From: a virus
IMG/VR virus record: IMGVR_UViG_3300021424_002547
Coordinates: 1 to 64,000 of that record
Reading direction: 5' to 3' (one strand)
DNA: 64,000 nucleotides
Translations under genes and position numbers: made by a program
Notes under the pieces: model-generated
Told to the model about the DNA's origin: nothing
The model's input: only the letters and a program-made list of their open reading frames with translations
The model's database searches: none
Part shown: piece after piece, positions 26,006 to 36,946 of the stretch
Layout of the letters: every line of letters begins with the position of its first letter
Position numbering within the stretch: the first letter of the stretch is position 1

Positions 26006-26689
26006 ATGGATATAGATATTTTTTTCATAAGTTACAAGGAATCTAATTGTGAAAATAATTGGATTAATGTTCTTTCTTTTCATCCTAATGCTAAACGAGT
26101 ACACGGAATCAATGGTATCGATAAAGCACATTTAATTTGCGACATGATTTCAACCACTGAATTTTTCTGGACAATCGATGGAGATAATGAATTAATATCC
26201 CCTTTAAAATATGCAAAGCAAATAGAACATGATTTACTCATGTTTAAGTCTATTGATCCGCTGTTCCAAAAAATTACTTTATTAGGAGGAGTGAAGTTAT
26301 GGAAAAAGAATTCTATTATCAATCCTAACTTAAGTAAAGGTGATTTCAGTCTTAATGCAACTAAAAATAAACAAATTGTAGACGAAGTATATTCCATAAG
26401 TAAATATAATTCTAGTCCGTTTGACGCATGGAAGACTTCATTCCGTCATTGTGTAAAATTAATGTCTTGCATATTTAGAAATAGGCCAAAGGCTTTAAGC
26501 ATAAATCTTTATATTGATAGATGGGCTAGTACTAAAAACATCGAAATAGAAAACGCAGCATGGGCATATCAAGGCTATCTTGATGCTAAAGAATTTGTTC
26601 AGATATATGACAATACTGACCAATTATATCAAATAAATGATTTTAATTATCTTGAGAATCATTATAAGAAGAAATATGAAACATCTTAA
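26006..26689 (+). CDS. glycosyltransferase-like protein
   Basis: FISY.E, RVHGI.GI..AH, FW.IDGDN, AW.T.FR.CVKL. Confidence 0.6.
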   Translation: MDIDIFFISYKESNCENNWINVLSFHPNAKRVHGINGIDKAHLICDMISTTEFFWTIDGDNELISPLKYAKQIEHDLLMFKSIDPLFQKITLLGGVKLWKKNSIINPNLSKGDFSLNATKNKQIVDEVYSISKYNSSPFDAWKTSFRHCVKLMSCIFRNRPKALSINLYIDRWASTKNIEIENAAWAYQGYLDAKEFVQIYDNTDQLYQINDFNYLENHYKKKYETS

Positions 26690-26873
26690 AGACGTCAACT
26701 CAGGTTACATTAAACACTTTTTCTATGCCAATTATTTTAATCTACTTGCGGTGTTGATACTGATCACTGGAGTTATACACAGTTTGTTTCCTTTCCTTTT
26801 TCCATTCACACCTTATAGGTTAGCAAAAAAAATAGTCGATGAAACAGAATGTCATTTTTTGAAAAATAAATAG
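26676..26873 (+). CDS. small membrane-associated hypothetical protein
   Basis: MKHLKDVN.GY..H...IHS.FPFLF. Confidence 0.55.
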   Translation: MKHLKDVNSGYIKHFFYANYFNLLAVLILITGVIHSLFPFLFPFTPYRLAKKIVDETECHFLKNK

Positions 26874-26958
26874 ATTTACTTGGTCTCTATAGTTACCTAA
26901 ACGTTCCTATATTATCGACTGAATTCATTCATCAATATAAAAAATAGAGAAATAATCG

Positions 26959-27996
26959 ATGGAAAAATATAAGTGTGCCTGGATAGAAAATATGATATCT
27001 ATCGAAACAGATGGGTTTACCCGACCTTGCTGTTTAGAAAACAGCACTAAAGCCAGAATAGCTGATGCCTCTCAAGGGCTAGTAAAGGCATTTAACCATG
27101 AGAAGTTGATCAAACTAAGAGACAATTTGTCTACTGGGTTTACCCAATACTCTAGATCGTTCTGTCATAGATGCGAAGAATTAGAAAATAGAGGACAGAA
27201 AAGTTTAAGAAATATGACGCCGTTTTTAAGTGAATCTAGAGAATTAAAAATGATACAATTTAAATTAAGCAATAGATGTCAATTAGCTTGTTTTCATTGT
27301 GGTCCTGATCAGAGTTCAACTTATGCGAAAAAATTCCATGTAAAGCCTATAATAAAAGATTCTATAGAAATTTCTATTAAGTTTCTTAACGAGCTATCGG
27401 AGCTTTTACCTACTTTATCAATTATAAAATTTACAGGAGGTGAACCTTTTTTAGATAAAAACCATTGGAAAATTTTAGAATATCTCAAAAAATTTAACAG
27501 AAAACATTGTGAATTGCAGTATATCACGAATGGGGTAACACCATTTAACCCAGAGTTGTGGGAAGGATGGAAATCAATTAATTGCTCGGTCAGTGTCGAC
27601 GGATACGAAGAAAGCTACGAATGGTTTAGACGAGGTAGCTCTTGGGAAAAAATATTGTCTGGCGTTAGCAGGTTAAAAAAATATAGTGATATCTCAATTA
27701 ACTATTCATTGACTCCTTTTACTGTGCAAGACTATATAAAATCTAAAGATTTTTGGAAGTTTAATATTACCGCAATACCTATAGTCAGTCCATCTTATAG
27801 CAGTTTAATTAATTTTCCAAAATCTATTATACAAAGTATCAAAGATTACGACAAGATACCATTTAATTCATACTCTGAAGACAATAATATAGATATATAT
27901 GTGGAACGGGCTAATAAATGGGATTCAATTTGGAATACTCCGGGGTGGGCGGACAGACTATTTTATTGGGTTAAAGAATACAATGATAGAAACTAA
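26959..27996 (+). CDS. radical SAM protein with twitch/SPASM-like cysteines
   Basis: CQLACFHC, TGGEP; paralogue of 23301. Confidence 0.88.
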   Translation: MEKYKCAWIENMISIETDGFTRPCCLENSTKARIADASQGLVKAFNHEKLIKLRDNLSTGFTQYSRSFCHRCEELENRGQKSLRNMTPFLSESRELKMIQFKLSNRCQLACFHCGPDQSSTYAKKFHVKPIIKDSIEISIKFLNELSELLPTLSIIKFTGGEPFLDKNHWKILEYLKKFNRKHCELQYITNGVTPFNPELWEGWKSINCSVSVDGYEESYEWFRRGSSWEKILSGVSRLKKYSDISINYSLTPFTVQDYIKSKDFWKFNITAIPIVSPSYSSLINFPKSIIQSIKDYDKIPFNSYSEDNNIDIYVERANKWDSIWNTPGWADRLFYWVKEYNDRN

Positions 27997-28600
27997 ACAA
28001 TATTTTAATGCTATAGATAAAACTATTATATCAAATATTATTGATTATTATCATTCAATAGGGAAATATGACACGCCGACTATGAATAAAGCCCCGGTTG
28101 GCAAAGTTTTAAGCGTATGCCAAGATATAATCGAAACATGTCTTAATAAAAAATTAGAGTATACACAGGGAAACTTTTATAAACACAATTCACCCTATCT
28201 TCCTCATACAGATTATAAAAGTTTCCAAAATGGAATTATCAACATAGTCATTCCTTTACATTACACCGAGTCGTTACCCCATCTTGTTATATTCGACCAA
28301 ACATGGAGTCTTGATAGTGTTACATGGTGTATGCATTTACCTGTTCAACGATTTGAAATTAACATAGGAGTTAAAGGCTGCCCTTATGAATATCCTGTAG
28401 AAAACCTTACAAACCATCCTATAGACGATAAGTTATATAAAGATTTCCTCACGCATTACCCCAAAGACACACTGTTTGGGTTAAGTGGTAACTCGTATAA
28501 ATTTGATCCCGGTAGTTTAATCGTATTCGATACACAAACGATACATTGCACGGCAAAAATGAAAGGTGAAAAAATAGGGTTGGCATTAAGATTCAAATGA
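27983..28600 (+). CDS. 2OG-Fe(II) oxygenase-like protein
   Basis: PHTD...NIVIPL...FD...IHC. Confidence 0.55.
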   Translation: MIETKQYFNAIDKTIISNIIDYYHSIGKYDTPTMNKAPVGKVLSVCQDIIETCLNKKLEYTQGNFYKHNSPYLPHTDYKSFQNGIINIVIPLHYTESLPHLVIFDQTWSLDSVTWCMHLPVQRFEINIGVKGCPYEYPVENLTNHPIDDKLYKDFLTHYPKDTLFGLSGNSYKFDPGSLIVFDTQTIHCTAKMKGEKIGLALRFK

Positions 28601-29100
28601 AATATTCTATCACAGGTCATACACATGGGATTGGTTTAGAAATTTATAACAGATTATCCCCTAACATAATAGGTTTCAGCAGATCAAATGGCTTCGATAT
28701 TTCTAATGCAGAAACACGGAAAAAAATTATAGAAATGTCTAAGAACGTTGATATCTTTATAAACAATGCTCACAACGGCTTTGATCAAACCTTGATGTTT
28801 TTAGAATTATGGAATATATGGAAGAACGAACCTAAAAAAACAATAATCAATGTTGGTAGTAGGATAGCTGATGTTAAATGTCTCACGCCAGAAAGACACA
28901 ATTTAATAAAATATCAAGCAGAAAAAGTAATACTAAAAGAGATGTCGGTCAGAGTATCAGGCAGGTGTAAAGTAGAATATGTTTCTTTTGGATATGTTGG
29001 TACTCCAACAATATTAAAAAAATATCCTAACATGATGGAAAAAGATTATATTTCTGTAGATCGAGCTGCCGATTTGATACAATCAAAATGTAATATATAG
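28597..29100 (+). CDS. short SDR-like Rossmann protein
   Basis: ITGHTHGIG, DIFINNA, IINVGS, YxxxK. Confidence 0.7.
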   Translation: MKYSITGHTHGIGLEIYNRLSPNIIGFSRSNGFDISNAETRKKIIEMSKNVDIFINNAHNGFDQTLMFLELWNIWKNEPKKTIINVGSRIADVKCLTPERHNLIKYQAEKVILKEMSVRVSGRCKVEYVSFGYVGTPTILKKYPNMMEKDYISVDRAADLIQSKCNI

Positions 29101-29104
29101 TTAT

Positions 29105-29743
29105 TTAAAAGAATTGATCAATGTCTTTAACCTTTCCATTAATTCTTACTTGTATTCTCTGGGAAACAACGGTTCCTACTCCATGCCAACAGTCGTCTTG
29201 AAAAATGAATACATCTTCGTCTATTTCAACCAATGAATCATCAAGCAGTGCAACTAATGGTTTAGAACCATTTTGCAAATTTAATGTTACACTTATATTT
29301 TTATCATAATATCCAGGTTGGCAGGCATCCTTATGCACGGGTCCGAAACCTGGGGGATCTATTATCATTGCCCTCACGTTCTGAACTTCGTAAAATCCAA
29401 GTTCTTTAACGATTTCTTGAAGGTAATTCGAGTTAAGTTCATACCGCCAATTCCATTCATCATATTGACTTCTTAAAGAATTTTTTCCCGATTTTGATTC
29501 ATTTAAACCCTTTTTATAAGTAAAAGATACTCCTTGCCAAGAATTTATTTTTCCTGCAATAATATTGCTTTCGTGAACTATGGTCAAATCGTTATAATCT
29601 TTTCCATCGATCAAACTGAATTTTCTACGTTTTAGAGTTAAAAAATCCGGCGGCATGTGGTGAAAATAGGGTCGATTGCTTAAAATTTCATTTATTAACT
29701 TATTTTTATCGTATTCATAGAATAGTTTTTGGTATTTTATCAT
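29105..29743 (-). CDS. 2OG-Fe(II) oxygenase/cupin-like protein
   Basis: VHKD...WHGV....R; start uncertain. Confidence 0.55.
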   Translation of the reverse strand: MIKYQKLFYEYDKNKLINEILSNRPYFHHMPPDFLTLKRRKFSLIDGKDYNDLTIVHESNIIAGKINSWQGVSFTYKKGLNESKSGKNSLRSQYDEWNWRYELNSNYLQEIVKELGFYEVQNVRAMIIDPPGFGPVHKDACQPGYYDKNISVTLNLQNGSKPLVALLDDSLVEIDEDVFIFQDDCWHGVGTVVSQRIQVRINGKVKDIDQFF

Positions 29744-29886
29744 GGTCAAAAGCAATAATTTCCTAATCATATAACGTTTATTTAAAAAAATAAGTATCGT
29801 AGTGATAAAAATTCTTAGTATTATTGACTGCAGTAATTTAGAACTAAACAATAAATACATGGATTAGCAATCTTAGGAGTCAAAAC

Positions 29887-31578
29887 ATGCCATTACAGAT
29901 CCGTAGAGGAACTACCGCTGAAGTTAACAGTATAACACCATTAGTAGGTGAACTGATTTACAATACACAGACAGGAAGTGTTCTTGTCGGTGACGGGGGA
30001 ACTGCTGGCGGCGTGCCTATCGCCGGAGTGTCATTAAACGAATCTAAAGATGCTGCTGCTGCCTCGATTCTAGCGGGAACACACAAAAATATAAGTTTTT
30101 CTTATGATAGTGTTGCAAAAACACTGAGCGCTACTGTTGATATTTTAACTCACGAAACGATCGTATCTGATGCTATCGTGACAGATAAAATTTTTAACAC
30201 AGCATCTACGGTGGTCATTGATGTAGATACTGCGACAGTTAATGGCACGTTGATCGGAAGTGTCACCGGCGATGTCAAAGGTTCCGTTTTCGCAGACGAT
30301 TCAACTCTTTTGGTAGATGCTATAGACGGTGTTCTTAGGGGAACATTAGTAGGAACCGTCACCGGCGATGTCAAAGGTTCCGTTTTCGCAGACGATTCAA
30401 CTCTTTTGGTAGATGCTGTAGACGGTGTTCTTAGGGGAACATTAGTAGGAACCGTTGCGGGTAACGTTTTGGGTAACGTTTTGGGTAACGTTTCGGGTAA
30501 TGTTTTGGGTGACGTTTCGGGTAATTTAACAGGAGATGTCAAAGGTTCTGTATTTGCAGAAAATTCGTCCATAATGGTTGATGCGACAAATGGTTCGATC
30601 AATTTAGATGGCACCGTACAGGGAGACGTGATACCAAATCAGAATGCAAGTCATGATCTAGGATCAAATACCAATTCATTCCGAGATCTGTATCTATCTG
30701 GTGACGCAACATTAAGGGGAAACTCAGTACGTACTTTTTCACTGGCTAATTTTACCTCAGATACATCCGCATCTATAATTAGTTTTAACAAATCCAGAGG
30801 AACAACGTCATCACCATCTACCGTGAATATAGGAGACCGATTAGGAAATATATTATTCAGAGGATTTAACGGATCCACAGAACTGACAGCGGCAGCTATA
30901 ACTTCTAACGTTGATAGCACTATTTCTCCTACCAATATTCCAGGCAATCTTGAATTTAACGTAAGAAATACACTTGGTGTATTACTAACTCCGCTCAAAA
31001 TATTAAATTCGGGTATAGTAAGAATACTATCTGATACCAATTTAACCAGTACTAAAGTTCTTTTAGCCAGCTGCCATCATGATAGCTCAGCGACAACCAC
31101 AGCGATAGGGTTATCAAGAAGTAGGGGATCAATAGAAGCCCCAACTGCTGTGCAAGACGGTGATCTTATCTATAATATAACATATGCTGGGTACGACGGT
31201 TTAGCTTATAGAGATAGCTCATCTATTCGGGCTGCGGTAGACGGATCTATTTCGAGTTCAATAGTTCCAGGGCGATTAGAATTTTATACTGCAAATTCGT
31301 CAGGTACACTAATAAAAAACGCTCAATTAGATAAAAATGGTGTGTTAAAAGTTGATAATATACAAGCCCTTACTAATACTTTATCAATTGTTGGGGATAT
31401 TGTTGGATCAGTTTTTTCCGATTCATCTACTTTGTTAGTAGACGGAACAAATGGATCACTTAAATATTATGCGACAGTTCCGGGAGATTGGAGTGGTTCT
31501 GCACCAACAACTGTAGGCGAAGCTTTAGATAGACTGGCCACCTTAGTGAAAACATTGAATGCTGGTGTAGGTGCTTAA
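29887..31578 (+). CDS. tail fibre/virion fibre-like protein
   Basis: MPLQIRRGT..GEL...GDG head domain; repeated GDVKGSVFADDS; KSRGT..SP repeats; AGGAG RBS. Confidence 0.75.
   Translation: MPLQIRRGTTAEVNSITPLVGELIYNTQTGSVLVGDGGTAGGVPIAGVSLNESKDAAAASILAGTHKNISFSYDSVAKTLSATVDILTHETIVSDAIVTDKIFNTASTVVIDVDTATVNGTLIGSVTGDVKGSVFADDSTLLVDAIDGVLRGTLVGTVTGDVKGSVFADDSTLLVDAVDGVLRGTLVGTVAGNVLGNVLGNVSGNVLGDVSGNLTGDVKGSVFAENSSIMVDATNGSINLDGTVQGDVIPNQNASHDLGSNTNSFRDLYLSGDATLRGNSVRTFSLANFTSDTSASIISFNKSRGTTSSPSTVNIGDRLGNILFRGFNGSTELTAAAITSNVDSTISPTNIPGNLEFNVRNTLGVLLTPLKILNSGIVRILSDTNLTSTKVLLASCHHDSSATTTAIGLSRSRGSIEAPTAVQDGDLIYNITYAGYDGLAYRDSSSIRAAVDGSISSSIVPGRLEFYTANSSGTLIKNAQLDKNGVLKVDNIQALTNTLSIVGDIVGSVFSDSSTLLVDGTNGSLKYYATVPGDWSGSAPTTVGEALDRLATLVKTLNAGVGA
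30262..30453 (+). repeat. 96-nt near-perfect tandem duplication (32 aa), followed by 12-nt GNVL/GNVS repeats
   Basis: Copies start at 30262 and 30358. Confidence 0.9.
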
Positions 31579-31643
31579 CACTGTAATTTGCTGAATTATA
31601 TTCATTCTTAAGAAATTCAAAAAAAATTTCCTATAAATATCGG

Positions 31644-32915
31644 ATGGAACTACCTACAAACCGATTTTATAAAGTCAAAGATAAAATATTTCATAATAAA
31701 ATCGAAGCGATTTTATATGCAAATAAAAGCAAAGAAGACGTCACATGGCATTTTTATCAAGAAATTTTTGATAAAGTAAATTGGTTAATCGAACCAGATC
31801 TCGGGTTAGATGAACTTTATGCAAAAAGAGCGGCCCAGATTAGAGATCAGTATGATTATATAGTTATATTGTGCAGCGGAGGAGCTGATAGTACAAATGT
31901 TGTAAAAAGTTTTATTAATAACGATATATTTCCTGACGAAATAATTGCATCGGCTCCGTTAGAAGGTTTGAATAACTACAATTTCAATGATACAGACAGT
32001 AGCCATTATAATACTATGTCTGAAACAAAATTTGCTCAACTACCGTTAATCAATGATATATCTCAAAAATATCCCAATATACGAATAACATTGCATGATT
32101 ATTTCAAAGACATTTTAGATTATAAACCTGAAGAATGGCTGTATTTGTGTGAAGATTGGGTCCATCCTTCGAGCTTGTCGAGGTATAGATTTGAAAGGCA
32201 TAAACATCTTAAAAATTTAGCTGAATCGGGTAAGAAAATAGCATTTGTTTATGGTATAGACAAACCAATTTTAGTCGTCGGCAAAAACTACGAATCGCTA
32301 ACGGTTAGTTTTTCAGATTTAACAGTTAATGTACAAAGACCGCCATTCAATGAAAACTATCCCAATGTAGATAACGTTCTTTTTTATTGGACAGCTGATT
32401 TGCCCGAATTAATGGTTAAACAAGCGCATGTTTTAGGTAAATGGATTTTTCAAAAAGAAAATTGGTACGCTCTGCGTTACCTAACTGTCTACGATAGGGC
32501 TATGAAAACAAGTTATGTCGACAACAGGATGAGACATAGCAAATACGAAAGAGCTATTGTTCCTTGCATATATCCGAACACTTACCGTAAAGTTTTTCAG
32601 GCTGAAAAACCATCTAGTCTATTTCTAGGAGAACATGATTTCTGGTTTTACAAATTACATAAAGATACGACTTCGTATCAGATGATGCTGTCAGATTCAG
32701 TTAATTTTCTAAATAAAATAGACTACAAATACCTTAATAGACAAAAATCCGGATTGGTCACGTACCATAACACCTATAGTTTAGGACCATTAAAAAAATT
32801 TTGTACAGCTAGCGAAACTTTAAAATCAATTATAAATTTAGAAACTTTTTTTGGAAAAAAATTAAGCGACACCAAGATTCCAGAAAATTTTATAGACCTT
32901 TATTTCGGAATGTAA
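31644..32915 (+). CDS. PP-loop family protein, paralogue 3
   Basis: SGGADS, GIDKP, FYWT.D.P...KQAH. Confidence 0.75.
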   Translation: MELPTNRFYKVKDKIFHNKIEAILYANKSKEDVTWHFYQEIFDKVNWLIEPDLGLDELYAKRAAQIRDQYDYIVILCSGGADSTNVVKSFINNDIFPDEIIASAPLEGLNNYNFNDTDSSHYNTMSETKFAQLPLINDISQKYPNIRITLHDYFKDILDYKPEEWLYLCEDWVHPSSLSRYRFERHKHLKNLAESGKKIAFVYGIDKPILVVGKNYESLTVSFSDLTVNVQRPPFNENYPNVDNVLFYWTADLPELMVKQAHVLGKWIFQKENWYALRYLTVYDRAMKTSYVDNRMRHSKYERAIVPCIYPNTYRKVFQAEKPSSLFLGEHDFWFYKLHKDTTSYQMMLSDSVNFLNKIDYKYLNRQKSGLVTYHNTYSLGPLKKFCTASETLKSIINLETFFGKKLSDTKIPENFIDLYFGM

Positions 32916-33523
32916 GTTCTGCTTTTCATAGGATTATATTCGTCTGTGGGACCGTCATCACTATCCGGATGAAAAGCAATTAAACTCATATCTGATTCAT
33001 TAGTAATGAACCTATGCGATTCAAATCTATTTAAAATAAAACAATCACCTATGTTAAGTTCCTGTGATCGATCGTTAAATTCTGCTACACCAGATCCTGA
33101 AATTATCATTCCTATTCTTATACTAGGATGAACATGAAATGTTTGTTTGATAAATTTTGGAAAATACAAATAATTTATACAAGGATCACCGTTCCTGCAA
33201 GGAGAAACTAGATTAGAATTAGAACATCCATCTATGTAACTTAAATTCCCAGGTAATCCCGGATTAATTAAACAAATATATTGATCAGGAAAGTTATATC
33301 CAAATAAATCTATAACTATTCCGTGGCCTACTATTTCAAACTCGACGTTTACTGACGCTGCAAAAACTCCAGAAAATTTAAATTTTTCTGATTTTAAATC
33401 ACCATTACACATGATAAATCGAGTGGTTTCTTTACTGGCAAATGATCGATTGCCATCTACTTTACTGACATAAATTCTATGTCTATCGTTATGCACAAAA
33501 TCATCATTTATTAACTTGAACAT
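32900..33523 (-). CDS. cupin domain protein
   Basis: SYIDGCS, FHVHPS.RIG, H.F.T, FHPDSD.GP. Confidence 0.7.
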   Translation of the reverse strand: MFKLINDDFVHNDRHRIYVSKVDGNRSFASKETTRFIMCNGDLKSEKFKFSGVFAASVNVEFEIVGHGIVIDLFGYNFPDQYICLINPGLPGNLSYIDGCSNSNLVSPCRNGDPCINYLYFPKFIKQTFHVHPSIRIGMIISGSGVAEFNDRSQELNIGDCFILNRFESHRFITNESDMSLIAFHPDSDDGPTDEYNPMKSRTYIPK

Positions 33524-33599
33524 AACTAATATCCTTTAAGTAATTTCATAATCGTACTTATATGATAAATACTTTTATATCTTCAAAAAAGGGCTAAAA

Positions 33600-33974
33600 A
33601 TGGAAATTGAAAAAGAAATAGAATGTACCAGAGAATCTATTGAAATTCCATGGTTTTTCGATTATATAAGAGACAATAAAGAAAAATTTGTCGATATTTT
33701 CTCTTATACAGAAGAAACTTTTATTATTCCTGGCGATATCTTGATAGAAAATAATACAAGCGGAAATGGATTAGTTCAGAATAAAAAAATATATTTTAAA
33801 AATTACAATGTTTTTGACAGATGGCAGAATGATCCAACTTTATTATTAATTCAAGAAGAAAATAAAAAATATAATGAAGAGAACGGGATAATAATGAATT
33901 TTATGCGTATAAAGGATTTAGTAACAGATATCGTTTTTGTGTCAAGATCTTCCGATTCTAATGATCCTGAATAG
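33600..33974 (+). CDS. hypothetical protein
   Basis: ORF divergent from cupin gene. Confidence 0.5.
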   Translation: MEIEKEIECTRESIEIPWFFDYIRDNKEKFVDIFSYTEETFIIPGDILIENNTSGNGLVQNKKIYFKNYNVFDRWQNDPTLLLIQEENKKYNEENGIIMNFMRIKDLVTDIVFVSRSSDSNDPE

Positions 33975-34413
33975 TCTGATTAACATTCTTGTAAACTATG
34001 GTCATCAAAGATTCGTATCCGACCGATTTTGAAATTTTGTCGATCATTAGTTTGTTTTGTAAATGTATAGATGAATATATTCTATTTTTCGATAGGTTAA
34101 TCGCTACGTGATTTAAATATTCATGCATAACTTTGTATAATCCTTTCTTCCTGTGATTTTTTTCAACAAATGCTATATTAATCCAAATAGCATTTTTATA
34201 TTTAAACTCGTCATAAAAAATAGATGCAGCTCTTTCTTCTGAGTTTTCAAATATGATAGCTCCTGTCGCTCTTGGTGGAACATGGTTTATCATTTGATAT
34301 CCTTCATTTTTGTATTTTTCATGGATAGATTCATAATATAAATTTAGATTGTCATCAATTTCTTGATACCAATTTAAATTGAAATTCATTAAAGAAATAA
34401 AAGTATCTGGCAT
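33958..34413 (-). CDS. GNAT acetyltransferase
   Basis: FV...HRKKGL motif A; N..M. Confidence 0.7.
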   Translation of the reverse strand: MPDTFISLMNFNLNWYQEIDDNLNLYYESIHEKYKNEGYQMINHVPPRATGAIIFENSEERAASIFYDEFKYKNAIWINIAFVEKNHRKKGLYKVMHEYLNHVAINLSKNRIYSSIHLQNKLMIDKISKSVGYESLMTIVYKNVNQTIQDH

Positions 34414-34446
34414 GTTTATAAATATTCCGTAAATTACTTATCTATT

Positions 34447-35334
34447 ATGATCACACCGAGATACAAAAATTACTACACTATCCAAGGTACCGGAATAAAT
34501 TTTAATTTAAACATATCAAAATGTTCTCGTGCGGTAGGTACATACCAAGAAGAGTTAATTAATAACGCGATCTTTCTAAAAGAAAATACAAAGAAAGACA
34601 TTTATGTATTCTATAGTGGGGGATTAGATAGCGAATACATAATTAAGATCTTTCTTTCTCAAAAAATTAAAATAACACCAATTATCGTTTCATTAGAACC
34701 AAATTATAATTCGTTTGATATTTCATACGCTATAGATTTTTGCAAATACAACGATTTAAAACCTATTATAATAAATTTTGATTTCGATAACTTTGTAACT
34801 TCGGGTGAGTTTCTTGAAGTGGCTCGATCTGCCAATTGCATTGTGTATCAATACCCGGTATTCTTAAAACTATCAAAAACGTTGGACGGTACTATAATAT
34901 TTGGTAGCGATCAACCCCATCTTTGTAAAGATGATAACTCTGATACTTGGTATTTTGACGAAAGAGAAAGGATAGTATCAGTTTGGTATAATTGGTATAA
35001 AAACCAAAATTTAGACGGAACCCCATCATTTTTAAATTACAATCCCGAAACATTGTTATCATTTCTATATGAACCAAGAATAAAAGATCTTGTGTCTAAT
35101 AAAATTAAAGGCAGAAAAGGTACTAGTTCTAGTAAATTAATGATTTATGATAGACATTTTAAAGATATGCGGTCAAGAAGCAAATATGATGGTTTCGAAA
35201 TTATACGAACATCTAAAATTTTTAGTCATCCCGATATTCAAATGATCAGAACTGATCCTATGGATTATTCTATACCCCACAATGGGTATTTTAAAATATC
35301 TTATAATTCATTGTTAAAAAAATTAACTCAATGA
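34447..35334 (+). CDS. PP-loop family protein, paralogue 4 (short type)
   Basis: YSGGLDSE; KYDGFE near C-terminus. Confidence 0.7.
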   Translation: MITPRYKNYYTIQGTGINFNLNISKCSRAVGTYQEELINNAIFLKENTKKDIYVFYSGGLDSEYIIKIFLSQKIKITPIIVSLEPNYNSFDISYAIDFCKYNDLKPIIINFDFDNFVTSGEFLEVARSANCIVYQYPVFLKLSKTLDGTIIFGSDQPHLCKDDNSDTWYFDERERIVSVWYNWYKNQNLDGTPSFLNYNPETLLSFLYEPRIKDLVSNKIKGRKGTSSSKLMIYDRHFKDMRSRSKYDGFEIIRTSKIFSHPDIQMIRTDPMDYSIPHNGYFKISYNSLLKKLTQ

Positions 35335-36194
35335 AACATAAAATTTTTATAACAGAAATTCCGAAAAAGTTTACAGTATGGCAGTGGATAATGAAAACCA
35401 CCGACATTAAAAAATTAATGTCAACTATAGTGTCGCCAGTAAAAACATATACGATTTTAGATCTTATACACAATATAGATATTAAAGGTCTGACCAAAAC
35501 TACAACAAAAATTATTGATACATTTGGATACCAAGGATGGAAGAACAATGTAGGAGAAGATCAAGCCTACGGGGGATTAAGCTTAACTTATAATCCCGAG
35601 TACCGTGATATCTCAAATGAGAATAGTCAAACTCTTGGGACATATCGCAATCAGAAAACAGAATATTTCTTTGATCAAACCCATAATTTCAATGACTTAC
35701 AAAATACGTATTATGATACATATGGGTTTAGAAAATTATCTCCCTGCGCAGAACTATTAGACGCATTTCTTTTAGATTTTGATAGAACGTTAATCAGAAG
35801 TAGGATAGCCATATTAAATTCTCAACATTTAGATCCAACAACTATAAATTCCTGGGGGTGGCACAGAGATGAATCTGTTTTTGAAAATATACGAATTAAC
35901 ATACCTATCCAAACTGACAATAATTATCTTTTTCAACTATTAGGAAAATCGACTCTACATTTAAAATATGGACACATGTATTCGTGGGATACCAACGTTC
36001 CCCACAGAGTATTTCCTTATATAAATTCGATAAAAAATAGAATACATATAGTTTTAGGATTTAGCCCATGGTTCGATTACAATCCTTTAGATCAATGCTG
36101 GTGCAGCAATGAATTCTATGGTAAAATACACCCGTTCGAAATGCTTATTTCGGGTTTAATAAATAAAAAGATAACAGGTGCAAATTATATATGA
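35331..36194 (+). CDS. Asp/Asn beta-hydroxylase-like 2OG-Fe(II) protein
   Basis: RSR...WHRD...RINIPI...PHR...R.H.V. Confidence 0.65.
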   Translation: MKHKIFITEIPKKFTVWQWIMKTTDIKKLMSTIVSPVKTYTILDLIHNIDIKGLTKTTTKIIDTFGYQGWKNNVGEDQAYGGLSLTYNPEYRDISNENSQTLGTYRNQKTEYFFDQTHNFNDLQNTYYDTYGFRKLSPCAELLDAFLLDFDRTLIRSRIAILNSQHLDPTTINSWGWHRDESVFENIRINIPIQTDNNYLFQLLGKSTLHLKYGHMYSWDTNVPHRVFPYINSIKNRIHIVLGFSPWFDYNPLDQCWCSNEFYGKIHPFEMLISGLINKKITGANYI

Positions 36195-36946
36195 AACTAT
36201 TTTCAGCTTCGGCTATATCTTTATCTATAATACAAATAATTTCTACAATTGGAGCTATAATTGGGCTATGGGTGTTTAGTTTTGACTATCTGTCTATTAT
36301 AGTTATTCTCGTATCATACTATCTATATAGTGGTATCGGAGTGAGTATGATGCTACACCGTTTTTACGCACACAAAAGTTTTGAATTTAAATATCCCATT
36401 TTAAAATATGTGTTTACCTGGTTCGCTTTAATGTCTGGACGAGGAAGTATTATAGGTTGGGTTCATGTACATCGAGAACATCATGCATTTTCTGACACTG
36501 AAAAAGATCCTCATTCTCCTAGTATAAAAGGATGGCGGGTGCTTTTTCCGCATTTGATGGATTACGGTAAAAAAATAAATGTAAGACTGGTAAGGGATTT
36601 ACTTAATAAAAAACAAATATATATTAATGACTATTATATGTTGCTAGTATTATCTTGTGTCTCTATTTTGATAATCATCGATCCTTGGATAGCATATTTT
36701 TGTTGGTTTGTCCCGGTATCAATTACTCATTTTGTTTTAAACACATTCATTTATTTTGGTCATAATTTAGGGTATACTAATCATAAGTATAAAGATAATA
36801 GCAAAAACCTTTGGGTATATGGCATATTGCTCTGGGGCGAAGGTTGGCATAATAATCATCATTCGAATGCCAAAAATTGGAATATGCAAGAGAAATGGTG
36901 GGAATTAGATCTGATAGCCCCCCTTATATACTTGGTAAAAAAATGA
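36191..36946 (+). CDS. membrane fatty acid (delta-9-type) desaturase
   Basis: His boxes HRFYAH, HREHH, HNNHH; DPHSP, GEGWHNNHH. Confidence 0.92.
   Translation: MKLFSASAISLSIIQIISTIGAIIGLWVFSFDYLSIIVILVSYYLYSGIGVSMMLHRFYAHKSFEFKYPILKYVFTWFALMSGRGSIIGWVHVHREHHAFSDTEKDPHSPSIKGWRVLFPHLMDYGKKINVRLVRDLLNKKQIYINDYYMLLVLSCVSILIIIDPWIAYFCWFVPVSITHFVLNTFIYFGHNLGYTNHKYKDNSKNLWVYGILLWGEGWHNNHHSNAKNWNMQEKWWELDLIAPLIYLVKK

Noticed and set aside
30262-30520. CRISPR array or DGR template/variable repeat
   Set aside because: In-frame tandem coding repeat without spacers; no reverse transcriptase in the window.
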